NCBI GenBank assembly: GCA_964057225.1
Contig: CAXKVF010000088.1
Coordinates: forward strand, 1 to 64,000
Source: Auanema rhodensis
Lineage: Eukaryota; Animalia; Nematoda
Direction of reading: 5' to 3'
DNA length: 64,000 nt
Every line of letters begins with the position of its first letter. Within the stretch, counting starts at the first letter, position 1. Below, piece by piece: positions 26,544 to 42,555 of the stretch. The position numbers and the translations under genes are program-made. The notes under the pieces were generated by a model. The model did no database searches. It worked only from the letters and a program-made list of their open reading frames with translations, and was not told the origin of the DNA.

Positions 26544-29357
26544 GTGAAGCGAGTTACATACCAAGTGCACATCACGTGTACATTTAATTAGCATAAATTA
26601 AAGTTCACGTAAATTTCAAGGCATGGTTACCATGAACCAATATCAATAAAAATTTGTTTTTAGACTAATATGGACATGGGGAATCTAATTTTGACAACCG
26701 CATCTCTTTATCTTTCACGTGAAGCGAGTTACATACCAAGTGCACATCACGTGTACATTTAATTAGCATAAATTAAAGTTCACGTAAATTTCAAAGTCAT
26801 GGTTACCATGAACCAATAACAATAAAAATTTGTTTTTAGACTAATATGGACATGGGGAATCTAATTTTGAAAACCGCATCTCTTTATCTTTCACGTGAAG
26901 CGAGTTACATACCAAGTGCACATCACGTGTACATTTAATTAGCATAAATTAAAGTTCACGTAAATTTCAAAGTCATGGTTACCATGAACCAATATCAATA
27001 AAAATTTGTTTTTAGACTAATATGGACATGGGGAATCTAATTTTGAAAACCGCATCTCTTTATCTTTCACGTGAAGCGAGTTACATACCAAGTGCACATC
27101 ACGTGTACATTTAATTAGCATAAATTAAAGTTCACGTAAATTTCAAAGTCATGGTTACCATGCACCAATATCAATAAAAATTTGTTATTAGACTAATATG
27201 GACATGGGGAATCTAATTTTGAAAACCGCATCTCTTTATCTTTCACGTGAAGCGAGTTACATACCAAGTGCACATCACGTGTACATTTAATTAGCATAAA
27301 TTAAAGTTCACGTAAATTTCAAAGTCATGGTTACCATGAACCAATATCAATAAAAATTTGTTTTTAGACTAATATGGACATGGGGAATCTAATTTTGAAA
27401 ACCGCATCTCTTTATCTTTCACGTGAAGCGAGTTACATACCAAGTGCACATCACGTGTACATTTAATTAGCATAAATTAAAGTTCACGTAAATTTCAAAG
27501 TCATGGTTACCATGAACCAATATCAATAAAAATTTGTTTTCAGACTAATATGGACATGGGGAATCTAATTTTGAAAACCGCATCTCTTTATCTTTCACGT
27601 GAAGCGAGTTACATACCAAGTGCACATCACGTGTACATTTAATTAGCATAAATTAAAGTTCACGTAAATTTCAAAGTCATGGTTACCATGAAGCAATATC
27701 AATAAAAATTTGTTTTTAGACTAATATGGACATGTGGAATCTAATTTTGAAAACCGCATCTCTTTATCTTTCACGTGAAGCGAGTTACATACCAAGTGCA
27801 CATCACGTGTACATTTAATTAGCATAAATTAAAGTTCACGTAAATTTCAAAGTCATGGTTACCATGAACCAATATCAATAAAAATTTGTTTTTAGACTAA
27901 TATGGACATGGGGAATCTAATTTTGAAAACCGCATCTCTTTATCTTTCACGTGAAGCGAGTTACATACCAAGTGCACATCACGTGTACATTTAATTAGCA
28001 TAAATTAAAGTTCACGTAAATTTCAAGGCATGGTTACCATGAACCAATATCAATAAAAATTTGTTTTTAGACTAATATGGACATGGGGAATCTAATTTTG
28101 ACAACCGCATCTCTTTATCTTTCACGTGAAGCGAGTTACATACCAAGTGCACATCACGTGTACATTTAATTAGCATAAATTAAAGTTCACGTAAATTTCA
28201 AAGTCATGGTTACCATGAACCAATAACAATAAAAATTTGTTTTTAGACTAATATGGACATGGGGAATCTAATTTTGAAAACCGCATCTCTTTATCTTTCA
28301 CGTGAAGCGAGTTACATACCAAGTGCACATCACGTGTACATTTAATTAGCATAAATTAAAGTTCACGTAAATTTCAAAGTCATGGTTACCATGAACCAAT
28401 ATCAATAAAAATTTGTTTTTAGACTAATATGGACATGGGGAATCTAATTTTGAAAACCGCATCTCTTTATCTTTCACGTGAAGCGAGTTACATACCAAGT
28501 GCACATCACGTGTACATTTAATTAGCATAAATTAAAGTTCACGTAAATTTCAAAGTCATGGTTACCATGCACCAATATCAATAAAAATTTGTTATTAGAC
28601 TAATATGGACATGGGGAATCTAATTTTGAAAACCGCATCTCTTTATCTTTCACGTGAAGCGAGTTACATACCAAGTGCACATCACGTGTACATTTAATTA
28701 GCATAAATTAAAGTTCACGTAAATTTCAAAGTCATGGTTACCATGAACCAATATCAATAAAAATTTGTTTTTAGACTAATATGGACATGGGGAATCTAAT
28801 TTTGAAAACCGCATCTCTTTATCTTTCACGTGAAGCGAGTTACATACCAAGTGCACATCACGTGTACATTTAATTAGCATAAATTAAAGTTCACGTAAAT
28901 TTCAAAGTCATGGTTACCATGAACCAATATCAATAAAAATTTGTTTTCAGACTAATATGGACATGGGGAATCTAATTTTGAAAACCGCATCTCTTTATCT
29001 TTCACGTGAAGCGAGTTACATACCAAGTGCACATCACGTGTACATTTAATTAGCATAAATTAAAGTTCACGTAAATTTCAAAGTCATGGTTACCATGAAG
29101 CAATATCAATAAAAATTTGTTTTTAGACTAATATGGACATGTGGAATCTAATTTTGGAAACCGCATCTCTTTATCTTTCACGTGAAGCGAGTTACATACC
29201 AAGTGCACATCACGTGTACATTTAATTAGCATAAATTAAAGTTCACGTAAATTTCAAAGTCATGGTTACCATGAACCAATATCAATAAAAATTTGTTTTT
29301 AGACTAATATGGACATGGGGAATCTAATTTTGAAAACCGCATCTCTTTATCTTTCAC
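26544..29357 (+). repeat. Higher-order repeat: 8-monomer unit (1407 bp) x2, first occurrence
   Basis: The order CAAGGC+GACAACC, AATAAC, consensus, GCACC+GTTATTA, consensus, TTTTCAG, AAGC+ATGTGG, consensus repeats at offset 1407 (26617/28024). Confidence 0.93.
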
Positions 29358-32300
29358 GTGAAGCGAGTTACATACCAAGTGTACATCACGTGTACATTTA
29401 ATTAGCATAAATTAAAGTTCAAGTAAATTTCAAAGTCATGGTTACCATGAACCAATATCAATAAAAATTTGTGTTTAGACTAATATGGACATGGGGAATC
29501 TAATTTTGAAAACCGCATCTCTTTATCTTTCACGTGAAGCGAGTTACATACCAAGTGCACATCACGTGTACATTTAATTAGCATAAATTAAAGTTCACGT
29601 AAATTTCAAAGTCATGGTTACCATGAACCAATATCAATAAAAATTTGTTTTTAGACTAATATGGACATGGGGAATCTAATTTTGAAAACCGCATCTCTTT
29701 ATCTTTCACGTGAAGCGAGTTACATACCAAGTGCACATCACGTGTACATTTAATTAGCATAAATTAAAGTTCACGTAAATTTCAAAGTCATGGTTACCAT
29801 GAACCAATATCAATAAAAATTTGTTTTTAGACTAATATGGACATGGGGAATCTAATTTTGAAAACCGCATCTCTTTATCTTTCACGTGAAGCGAGTTACA
29901 TACCAAGTGCACATCACGTGTACATTTAATTAGCATAAATTAAAGTTCACGTAAATTTCATAGTCATGGTTACCATGAACCAATATCAATAAAAATTTGT
30001 TTTTAGACTAATATGGACATGGGGAATCTAATTTTGAAAACCGCATCTCTTCATCTTTCACGTGAAGCGAGTTACATACCAAGTGCACATCACGTGTACA
30101 TTTAATTAGCATAAATTAAAGTTCACGTAAATTTCAAAGTCATGGTTACCATGAACCAATATCAATAAAAATTTGTTTTTAGACTAATATGGACTTGGGG
30201 AATCTAATTTTGAAAACCGCATCTCTTTATCTTTCACGTGAAGCGAGTTACATACCAAGTGCACATCACGTGTACATTTAATTAGCATAAATTAAAGTTC
30301 ACGTAAAATTCAAAGTCATGGTTACCATGCACCAATATCAATAAAAATTTGTTTTTAGACTAATATGGACATGGGGAATCTAATTTTGAAAACCGCATCT
30401 CTTTATCTTTCACGTGAAGCGAGTTACATACCAAGTGCACATCACGTGTACATTTAATTAGCATAAATTAAAGTTCACGTAAATTTCAAAGTCATGGTTA
30501 CCATGAACCAATATCAATAAAAATTTGTTTTTAGACTAATATGGACTTGGGGAATCTAATTTTGAAAACCGCATCTCTTTATCTTTCACGTGAAGCGAGT
30601 TACATACCAAGTGCACATCACGTGTACATTTAATTAGCATAAATTAAAGTTCACGTAAATTTCAAAGTCATGGTTACCATGAACCAATATCAATAAAAAT
30701 TTGTTTTTAGACTAATATGGACATGGGGAATCTAATTTTGAAAACCGCATCTCTTTATCTTTCACGTGAAGCGAGTTACATACCAAGTGCACATCACGTG
30801 TACATTTAATTAGCATAAATTAAAGTTCACGTAAATTTCAAAGTCATGGTTACCATGCACCAATATCAATAAAAATTTGTTTTTAGACTAATATGGACAT
30901 GGGGAATCTAATTTTGAAAACCGCATCTCTTTATCTTTCACGTGAAGCGAGTTACATACCAAGTGCACATCATGTGTACATTTAATTAGCATAAATTAAA
31001 GTTCACGTAAATTTCAAAGTCATGGTTACCATGCACCAATATCAATAAAAATTTGTTTTTAGACTAATATGGACATGGGGAATCTAATTTTGAAAACCTC
31101 ATCTCTTTATCTTTCACGTGAAGCGAGTTACATACCAAGTGCACATCACGTGTACATTTAATTAGCATAAATTAAAGTTCACGTAAATTTCAAAGTCATG
31201 GTTACCATGAACCAATATCAATGAAAATTTGTTTTTAGACTAATATGGACATGGGGAATCTAATTTTGAAAACCGCATCTCTTTATCTTTCACGTGAAGC
31301 GAGTTACATACCAAGTGCACATCACGTGTACATTTAATTAGCATAAATTAAAGTTCACGTAAAATTCAAAGTCATGGTTACCATGAACCAATATCAATAA
31401 AAATTTGTTTTTAGACTAATATGGACATGGGGAATCTAATTTTGAAAACCGCATCTCTTTATCTTTCACGTGAAGCGAGTTACATACCAAGTGCACATCA
31501 CGTGTACATTTAATTAGCATAAATTAAAGTTCACGTAAATTTCAAAGTCATGGTTACCATGAACCAATATCAATAAAAATTTGTTTTTAGACTAATATGG
31601 ACATGGGGAATCTAATTTTGAAAACCGCATCTCTTTATCTTTCACGTGAAGCGAGTTACATACCAAGTGCACATCACGTGTACATTTAATTAGCATAAAT
31701 TAAAGTTCACGTAAATTTCAAAGTCATGGTTACCATGCACCAATATCAATAAAAATTTGTTTTTAGACTAATATGGACATGGGGAATCTAATTTTGAAAA
31801 CCGCATCTCTTTATCTTTCACGTGAAGCGAGTTACATACCAAGTGCACATCACGTGTACATTTAATTAGCATAAATTAAAGTTCACGTAAATTTCAAAGT
31901 CATGGTTACCATGAACCAATATCAATAAAAATTTGTTTTTAGACTAATATGGACATGGGGAATCTAATTTTGAAAACCGCATCTCTTTATCTTTCACGTG
32001 AAGCGAGTTACATACCAAGTGCACATCACGTGTACATTTAATTAGCATAAATTAAAGTTCACGTAAAATTCAAAGTCATGGTTACCATGAACCAATATCA
32101 ATAAAAATTTGTTTTTAGACTAATATGGACATGGGGAATCTAATTTTGAAAACCGCATCTCTTTATCTTTCACGTGAAGCGAGTTACATACCAAGTGCAC
32201 ATCACGTGTACATTTAATTAGCATAAATTAAAGTTCACGTAAATTTCAAAGTCATGGTTACCATGAACCAATATCAATAAAAATTTGTTTTTAGACTAAT

Positions 32301-35300
32301 ATGGACATGGGGAATCTAATTTTGAAAACCGCATCTCTTTATCTTTCACGTGAAGCGAGTTACATACCAAGTGCACATCACGTGTACATTTAATTAGCAT
32401 AAATTAAAGTTCACGTAAATTTCAAAGTCATGGTTACCATGAACCAATATCAATAAAAATTTGTTTTTAGACTAATATGGACATGGGGAATCTAATTTTG
32501 AAAACCGCATCTCTTTATCTTTCACGTGAAGCGAGTTACATACCAAGTGCACATCACGTGTACATTTAATTAGCATAAATTAAAGTTCACGTAAATTTCA
32601 AAGTCATGGTTACCATGAACCAATATCAATAAAAATTTGTTTTTAGACTAATATGGACATGGGGAATCTAATTTTGAAAACCGCATCTCTTTATCTTTCA
32701 CGTGAAGCGAGTTACATACCAAGTGCACATCACGTGTACATTTAATTAGCATAAATTAAAGTTCACGTAAATTTCAAAGTCATGGTTACCATGCACCAAT
32801 ATCAATAAAAATTTGTTTTTAGACTAATATGGACATGGGGAATCTAATTTTGAAAACCGCATCTCTTTATCTTTCACGTGAAGCGAGTTACATACCAAGT
32901 GCACATCACGTGTACATTTAATTAGCATAAATTAAAGTTCACGTAAAATTCAAAGTCATGGTTACCATGAACCAATATCAATAAAAATTTGTTTTTAGAC
33001 TAATATGGACATGGGGAATCTAATTTTGAAAACCGCATCTCTTTATCTTTCACGTGAAGCGAGTTACATACCAAGTGCACATCACGTGTACATTTAATTA
33101 GCATAAATTAAAGTTCACGTAAATTTCAAAGTCATGGTTACCATGAACCAATATCAATAAAAATTTGTTTTTAGACTAATATGGACATGGGGAATCTAAT
33201 TTTGAAAACCGCATCTCTTTATCTTTCACGTGAAGCGAGTTACATACCAAGTGCACATCACGTGTACATTTAATTAGCATAAATTAAAGTTCACGTAAAT
33301 TTCAAAGTCATGGTTACCATGCACCAATATCAATAAAAATTTGTTTTTAGACTAATATGGACATGGGGAATCTAATTTTGAAAACCGCATCTCTTTATCT
33401 TTCACGTGAAGCGAGTTACATACCAAGTGCACATCACGTGTACATTTAATTAGCATAAATTAAAGTTCACGTAAATTTCAAAGTCATGGTTACCATGAAC
33501 CAATATCAATAAAAATTTGTTTTTAGACTAATATGGACATGGGGAATCTAATTTTGAAAACCGCATCTCTTTATCTTTCACGTGAAGCGAGTTACATACC
33601 AAGTGCACATCACGTGTACATTTAATTAGCATAAATTAAAGTTCACGTAAATTTCAAAGTCATGGTTACCATGCACCAATATCAATAAAAATTTGTTTTT
33701 AGACTAATATGGACATGGGGAATCTAATTTTGAAAACCGCATCTCTTTATCTTTCACGTGAAGCGAGTTACATACCAAGTGCACATCACGTGTACATTTA
33801 ATTAGCATAAATTAAAGTTCACGTAAATTTCAAAGTCATGGTTACCATGAACCAATATCAATAAAAATTGGTTTTTAGACTAATATGGACATGGGGAATC
33901 TAATTTTGAAAACCGCATCTCTTTATCTTTCACGTGAAGCGAGTTACATACCAAGTGCACATCACGTGTACATTTAATTAGCATAAATTAAAGTTCACGT
34001 AAATTTCAAAGTCATGGTTACCATGAACCAATATCAATAAAAATTTGGTTTTAGACTAATATGGACATGGGGAATCTAATTTTGAAAACCGCATCTCTTT
34101 ATCTTTCATGTGAAGCGAGTTACATACCAAGTGCACATCACGTGTACATTTAATTAGCATAAATTAAAGTTCACGTAAAATTCAAAGTCATGGTTACCAC
34201 GAACCAATATCAATAAAAATTTGTTTTTAGACTAATATGGACATGGGGAATCTAATTTTGAAAACCGCATCTCTTTATCTTTCACGTGAAGCGAGTTACA
34301 TACCAAGTGCACATCACGTGTACATTTAATTAGCATAAATTAAAGTTCACGTAAACTTCAAAGTCATGGTTACCATGAACCAATATCAATAAAAATTTGT
34401 TTTTAGACTAATATGGACATGGGGAATCTAATTTTGAAAACCGCATCTCTTTATCTTTCACGTGAAGCGAGTTACATACCAAGTGCACATCACGTGTACA
34501 TTTAATTAGCATAAATTAAAGTTCACGTAAATTTCAAAGTCATGGTTACCATGAACCAATATCAATAAAAATTTGTTTTTAGACTAATATGGACATGGGG
34601 AATCTAATTTTGAAAACCGCATCTCTTTATCTTTCACGTGAAGCGAGTTACATACCAAGTGCACATCACGTGTACATTTAATTAGCATAAATTAAAGTTC
34701 ACGTAAATTTCAAAGTCATGGTTACCATGAACCAATATCAATAAAAATTTGTTTTTAGACTAATATGGACATGGGGAATCTAATTTTGAAAACCGCATCT
34801 CTTTATCTTTCACGTGAAGCGAGTTACATACCAAGTGCACATCACGTGTACATTTAATTAGCATAAATTAAAGTTCACGTAAATTTCAAAGTCATGGTTA
34901 CCATGAACCAATATCAATAAAAATTTGTTTTTAGACTAATATGGACATGGGGAATCTAATTTTGAAAACCGCATCTCTTTATCTTTCACGTGAAGCGAGT
35001 TACATACCAAGTGCACATCACGTGTACATTTAATTAGCATAAATTAAAGTTCACGTAAATTTCAAAGTCATGGTTACCATGAACCAATATCAATAAAAAT
35101 TTGTTTTTAGACTAATATGGACATGGGGAATCTAATTTTGAAAACCGCATCTCTTTATCTTTCACGTGAAGCGAGTTACATACCAAGTGCACATCACGTG
35201 TACATTTAATTAGCATAAATTAAAGTTCACGTAAATTTCAAAGTCATGGTTACCATGAACCAATATCAATAAAAATTTGTTTTTAGACTAATATGGACAT

Positions 35301-38300
35301 GGGGAATCTAATTTTGAAAACCGCATCTCTTTATCTTTCACGTGAAGCGAGTTACATACCAAGTGCACATCACGTGTACATTTAATTAGCATAAATTAAA
35401 GTTCACGTAAATTTCAAAGTCATGGTTACCATGAACCAATATCAATAAAAATTTGGTTTTAGACTAATATGGACATGGGGAATCTAATTTTGAAAACCGC
35501 ATCTCTTTATCTTTCACGTGAAGCGAGTTACATACCAAGTGCACATCACGTGTACATTTAATTAGCATAAATTAAAGTTCACGTAAATTTCAAAGTCATG
35601 GTTACCATGAACCAATATCAATAAAAATTTGTTTTTAGACTAATATGGACATGGGGAATCTAATTTTGAAAACCGCATCTCTTTATCTTTCACGTGAAGC
35701 GAGTTACATACCAAGTGCACATCACGTGTACATTTAATTAGCATAAATTAAAGTTCACGTAAATTTCAAAGTCATGGTTACCATGAACCAATATCAATAA
35801 AAATTTGTTTTTAGACTAATATGGACATGGGGAATCTAATTTTGAAAACCGCATCTCTTTATCTTTCACGTGAAGCGAGTTACATACCAAGTGCACATCA
35901 CGTGTACATTTAATTAGCATAAATTAAAGTTCACGTAAATTTCAAAGTCATGGTTACCATGCACCAATATCAATAAAAATTTGTTTTTAGACTAATATGG
36001 ACATGGGGAATCTAATTTTGAAAACCGCATCTCTTTATCTTTCACGTGAAGCGAGTTACATACCAAGTGCACATCACGTGTACATTTAATTAGCATAAAT
36101 TAAAGTTCACGTAAATTTCAAAGTCATGGTTACCATGAACCAATATCAATAAAAATTTGTTTTTAGACTAATATGGACATGGGGAATCTAATTTTGAAAA
36201 CCGCATCTCTTTATCTTTCACGTGAAGCGAGTTACATACCAAGTGCACATCACGTGTACATTTAATTAGCATAAATTAAAGTTCACGTAAATTTCAAAGT
36301 CATGGTTACCATGCACCAATATCAATAAAAATTTGTTTTTAGACTAATATGGACATGGGGAATCTAATTTTGAAAACCGCATCTCTTTATCTTTCACGTG
36401 AAGCGAGTTACATACCAAGTGCACATCACGTGTACATTTAATTAGCATAAATTAAAGTTCACGTAAATTTCAAAGTCATGGTTACCATGAACCAATATCA
36501 ATAAAAATTTGTTTTTAGACTAATATGGACATGGGGAATCTAATTTTGAAAACCGCATCTCTTCATCTTTCACGTGAAGCGAGTTACATACCAAGTGCAC
36601 ATCACGTGTACATTTAATTAGCATAAATTAAAGTTCACGTAAATTTCAAAGTCATGGTTACCATGCACCAATATCAATAAAAATTTGTTTTTAGACTAAT
36701 ATGGACATGGGGAATCTAATTTTGAAAACCGCATCTCTTTATCTTTCACGTGAAGCGAGTTACATACCAAGTGCACATCACGTGTACATTTAATTAGCAT
36801 AAATTAAAGTTCACGTAAATTTCAAAGTCATGGTTACCATGAACCAATATCAATAAAAATTTGTTTTTAGACTAATATGGACATGGGGAATCTAATTTTG
36901 AAAACCGCATCTCTTCATCTTTCACGTGAAGCGAGTTACATACCAAGTGCACATCACGTGTACATTTAATTAGCATAAATTAAAGTTCACGTAAATTTCA
37001 AAGTCATGGTTACCATGAACCAATATCAATAAAAATTTGTTTTTAGACTAATATGGACATGGGGAATCTAATTTTGAAAACCGCATCTCTTCATCTTTCA
37101 CGTGAAGCGAGTTACATACCAAGTGCACATCACGTGTACATTTAATTAGCATAAATTAAAGTTCACGTAAATTTCAAAGTCATGGTTACCATGCACCAAT
37201 ATCAATAAAAATTTGTTTTTAGACTAATATGGACATGGGGAATCTAATTTTAAAAACCGCATCTCTTTATCTTTCACGTGAAGCGAGTTACATACCAAGT
37301 GCACATCACGTTTACATTTAATTAGCATAAATTAAAGTTCACGTAAATTTCAAAGTCATGGTTACCATGAACCAATATCAATAAAAATTTGTTTTTAGAC
37401 TAATATGGACATGGGGAATCTAATTTTGAAAACCGCATCTCTTTATCTTTCACGTGAAGCGAGTTACATACCAAGTGCACATCACGTGTACATTTAATTA
37501 GCATAAATTAAAGTTCACGTAAATTTCAAAGTCATGGTTACCATGAACCAATATCAATAAAAATTTGTTTTTAGACTAATATGGACATGGGGAATCTAAT
37601 TTTGAAAACCGCATCTCTTTATCTTTCACGTGAAGCGAGTTACATACCAAGTGCACATCACGTGTACATTTAATTAGCATAAATTAAAGTTCACGTAAAT
37701 TTCAAAGTCATGGTTACCATGAACCAATATCAATAAAAATTTGTTTTTAGACTAATATGGACATGGGGAATCTAATTTTGAAAACCGCATCTCTTTATCT
37801 TTCACGTGAAGCGAGTTACATACCAAGTGCACATCACGTGTACATTAAATTAGCATAAATTAAAGTTCACGTAAATTTCAAAGTCATGGTTACCATGCAC
37901 CAATATCAATAAAAATTTGTTTTTAGACTAATATGGACATGGGGAATCTAATTTTGAAAACCGCATCTCTTTATCTTTCACGTGAAGCGAGTTACATACC
38001 AAGTGCACATCATGTGTACATTTAATTAGCATAAATTAAAGTTCACGTAAATTTCAAAGTCATGGTTACCATGCACCAATATCAATAAAAATTTGTTTTT
38101 AGACTAATATGGACATGGGGAATCTAATTTTGAAAACCGCATCTCTTTATCTTTCACGTGAAGCGAGTTACATACCAAGTGCACATCACGTGTACATTTA
38201 ATTAGCATAAATTAAAGTTCACGTAAATTTCAAAGTCATGGTTACCATGAACCAATATCAATGAAAATTTGTTTTTAGACTAATATGGACATGGGGAATC

Positions 38301-39741
38301 TAATTTTGAAAACCGCATCTCTTTATCTTTCACGTGAAGCGAGTTACATACCAAGTGCACATCACGTGTACATTTAATTAGCATAAATTAAAGTTCACGT
38401 AAAATTCAAAGTCATGGTTACCATGAACCAATATCAATAAAAATTTGTTTTTAGACTAATATGGACATGGGGAATCTAATTTTGAAAACCGCATCTCTTT
38501 ATCTTTCACGTGAAGCGAGTTACATACCAAATGCACATCACGTGTACATTTAATTAGCATAAATTAAAGTTCACGTAAATTTCAAAGTCATGGTTACCAT
38601 GAACCAATATCAATAAAAATTTGTTTTTAGACTAATATGGACATGGGGAATCTAATTTTGAAAACCGCATCTCTTTATCTTTCACGTGAAGCGAGTTACA
38701 TACCAAGTGCACATCACGTGTACATTAAATTAGCATAAATTAAAGTTCACGTAAATTTCAAAGTCATGGTTACCATGCACCAATATCAATAAAAATTTGT
38801 TTTTAGACTAATATGGACATGGGGAATCTAATTTTGAAAACCGCATCTCTTTATCTTTCACGTGAAGCGAGTTACATACCAAGTGCACATCATGTGTACA
38901 TTTAATTAGCATAAATTAAAGTTCACGTAAATTTCAAAGTCATGGTTACCATGCACCAATATCAATAAAAATTTGTTTTTAGACTAATATGGACATGGGG
39001 AATCTAATTTTGAAAACCGCATCTCTTTATCTTTCACGTGAAGCGAGTTACATACCAAGTGCACATCACGTGTACATTTAATTAGCATAAATTAAAGTTC
39101 ACGTAAATTTCAAAGTCATGGTTACCATGAACCAATATCAATGAAAATTTGTTTTTAGACTAATATGGACATGGGGAATCTAATTTTGAAAACCGCATCT
39201 CTTTATCTTTCACGTGAAGCGAGTTACATACCAAGTGCACATCACGTGTACATTTAATTAGCATAAATTAAAGTTCACGTAAATTTCAAAGTCATGGTTA
39301 CCATGAACCAATATCAATAAAAATTTGTTTTTAGACTAATATGGACATGAGGAATCTAATTTTGACAACCGCATCTCTTTATCTTTCACGTGAAGCGAGT
39401 TACATACCAAGTGCACATCACGTGTACATTTAATTAGCATAAATTAAAGTTCACGTAAATTTCAAAGTCATGGTTACCATGAACCAATATCAATAAAAAT
39501 TTGTTTTTAGACTAATATGGACATGGGGAATCTAATTTTGAAAACCGCATCTCTTTATCTTTCACGTGAAGCGAGTTACATACCAAGTGCACATCACGTG
39601 TACATTTAATTAGCATAAATTAAAGTTCACGTAAATTTCAAAGTCATGGTTACCATGAACCAATATCAATAAAAATTTGTTTTTAGACTAATATGGACAT
39701 GGGGAATCTAATTTTGAAAACCGCATCTCTTTATCTTTCAC

Positions 39742-42555
39742 GTGAAGCGAGTTACATACCAAGTGCACATCACGTGTACATTTAATTAGCATAAATTAAA
39801 GTTCACGTAAATTTCAAGGCATGGTTACCATGAACCAATATCAATAAAAATTTGTTTTTAGACTAATATGGACATGGGGAATCTAATTTTGACAACCGCA
39901 TCTCTTTATCTTTCACGTGAAGCGAGTTACATACCAAGTGCACATCACGTGTACATTTAATTAGCATAAATTAAAGTTCACGTAAATTTCAAAGTCATGG
40001 TTACCATGAACCAATAACAATAAAAATTTGTTTTTAGACTAATATGGACATGGGGAATCTAATTTTGAAAACCGCATCTCTTTATCTTTCACGTGAAGCG
40101 AGTTACATACCAAGTGCACATCACGTGTACATTTAATTAGCATAAATTAAAGTTCACGTAAATTTCAAAGTCATGGTTACCATGAACCAATATCAATAAA
40201 AATTTGTTTTTAGACTAATATGGACATGGGGAATCTAATTTTGAAAACCGCATCTCTTTATCTTTCACGTGAAGCGAGTTACATACCAAGTGCACATCAC
40301 GTGTACATTTAATTAGCATAAATTAAAGTTCACGTAAATTTCAAAGTCATGGTTACCATGCACCAATATCAATAAAAATTTGTTATTAGACTAATATGGA
40401 CATGGGGAATCTAATTTTGAAAACCGCATCTCTTTATCTTTCACGTGAAGCGAGTTACATACCAAGTGCACATCACGTGTACATTTAATTAGCATAAATT
40501 AAAGTTCACGTAAATTTCAAAGTCATGGTTACCATGAACCAATATCAATAAAAATTTGTTTTTAGACTAATATGGACATGGGGAATCTAATTTTGAAAAC
40601 CGCATCTCTTTATCTTTCACGTGAAGCGAGTTACATACCAAGTGCACATCACGTGTACATTTAATTAGCATAAATTAAAGTTCACGTAAATTTCAAAGTC
40701 ATGGTTACCATGAACCAATATCAATAAAAATTTGTTTTCAGACTAATATGGACATGGGGAATCTAATTTTGAAAACCGCATCTCTTTATCTTTCACGTGA
40801 AGCGAGTTACATACCAAGTGCACATCACGTGTACATTTAATTAGCATAAATTAAAGTTCACGTAAATTTCAAAGTCATGGTTACCATGAAGCAATATCAA
40901 TAAAAATTTGTTTTTAGACTAATATGGACATGTGGAATCTAATTTTGAAAACCGCATCTCTTTATCTTTCACGTGAAGCGAGTTACATACCAAGTGCACA
41001 TCACGTGTACATTTAATTAGCATAAATTAAAGTTCACGTAAATTTCAAAGTCATGGTTACCATGAACCAATATCAATAAAAATTTGTTTTTAGACTAATA
41101 TGGACATGGGGAATCTAATTTTGAAAACCGCATCTCTTTATCTTTCACGTGAAGCGAGTTACATACCAAGTGCACATCACGTGTACATTTAATTAGCATA
41201 AATTAAAGTTCACGTAAATTTCAAGGCATGGTTACCATGAACCAATATCAATAAAAATTTGTTTTTAGACTAATATGGACATGGGGAATCTAATTTTGAC
41301 AACCGCATCTCTTTATCTTTCACGTGAAGCGAGTTACATACCAAGTGCACATCACGTGTACATTTAATTAGCATAAATTAAAGTTCACGTAAATTTCAAA
41401 GTCATGGTTACCATGAACCAATAACAATAAAAATTTGTTTTTAGACTAATATGGACATGGGGAATCTAATTTTGAAAACCGCATCTCTTTATCTTTCACG
41501 TGAAGCGAGTTACATACCAAGTGCACATCACGTGTACATTTAATTAGCATAAATTAAAGTTCACGTAAATTTCAAAGTCATGGTTACCATGAACCAATAT
41601 CAATAAAAATTTGTTTTTAGACTAATATGGACATGGGGAATCTAATTTTGAAAACCGCATCTCTTTATCTTTCACGTGAAGCGAGTTACATACCAAGTGC
41701 ACATCACGTGTACATTTAATTAGCATAAATTAAAGTTCACGTAAATTTCAAAGTCATGGTTACCATGCACCAATATCAATAAAAATTTGTTATTAGACTA
41801 ATATGGACATGGGGAATCTAATTTTGAAAACCGCATCTCTTTATCTTTCACGTGAAGCGAGTTACATACCAAGTGCACATCACGTGTACATTTAATTAGC
41901 ATAAATTAAAGTTCACGTAAATTTCAAAGTCATGGTTACCATGAACCAATATCAATAAAAATTTGTTTTTAGACTAATATGGACATGGGGAATCTAATTT
42001 TGAAAACCGCATCTCTTTATCTTTCACGTGAAGCGAGTTACATACCAAGTGCACATCACGTGTACATTTAATTAGCATAAATTAAAGTTCACGTAAATTT
42101 CAAAGTCATGGTTACCATGAACCAATATCAATAAAAATTTGTTTTCAGACTAATATGGACATGGGGAATCTAATTTTGAAAACCGCATCTCTTTATCTTT
42201 CACGTGAAGCGAGTTACATACCAAGTGCACATCACGTGTACATTTAATTAGCATAAATTAAAGTTCACGTAAATTTCAAAGTCATGGTTACCATGAAGCA
42301 ATATCAATAAAAATTTGTTTTTAGACTAATATGGACATGTGGAATCTAATTTTGAAAACCGCATCTCTTTATCTTTCACGTGAAGCGAGTTACATACCAA
42401 GTGCACATCACGTGTACATTTAATTAGCATAAATTAAAGTTCACGTAAATTTCAAAGTCATGGTTACCATGAACCAATATCAATAAAAATTTGTTTTTAG
42501 ACTAATATGGACATGGGGAATCTAATTTTGAAAACCGCATCTCTTTATCTTTCAC
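39742..42555 (+). repeat. Higher-order repeat: 8-monomer unit (1407 bp) x2, second occurrence
   Basis: Same ordered variants at 39815 and 41222, located 13198 bp (75x176-2) downstream of the first occurrence. Confidence 0.93.
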
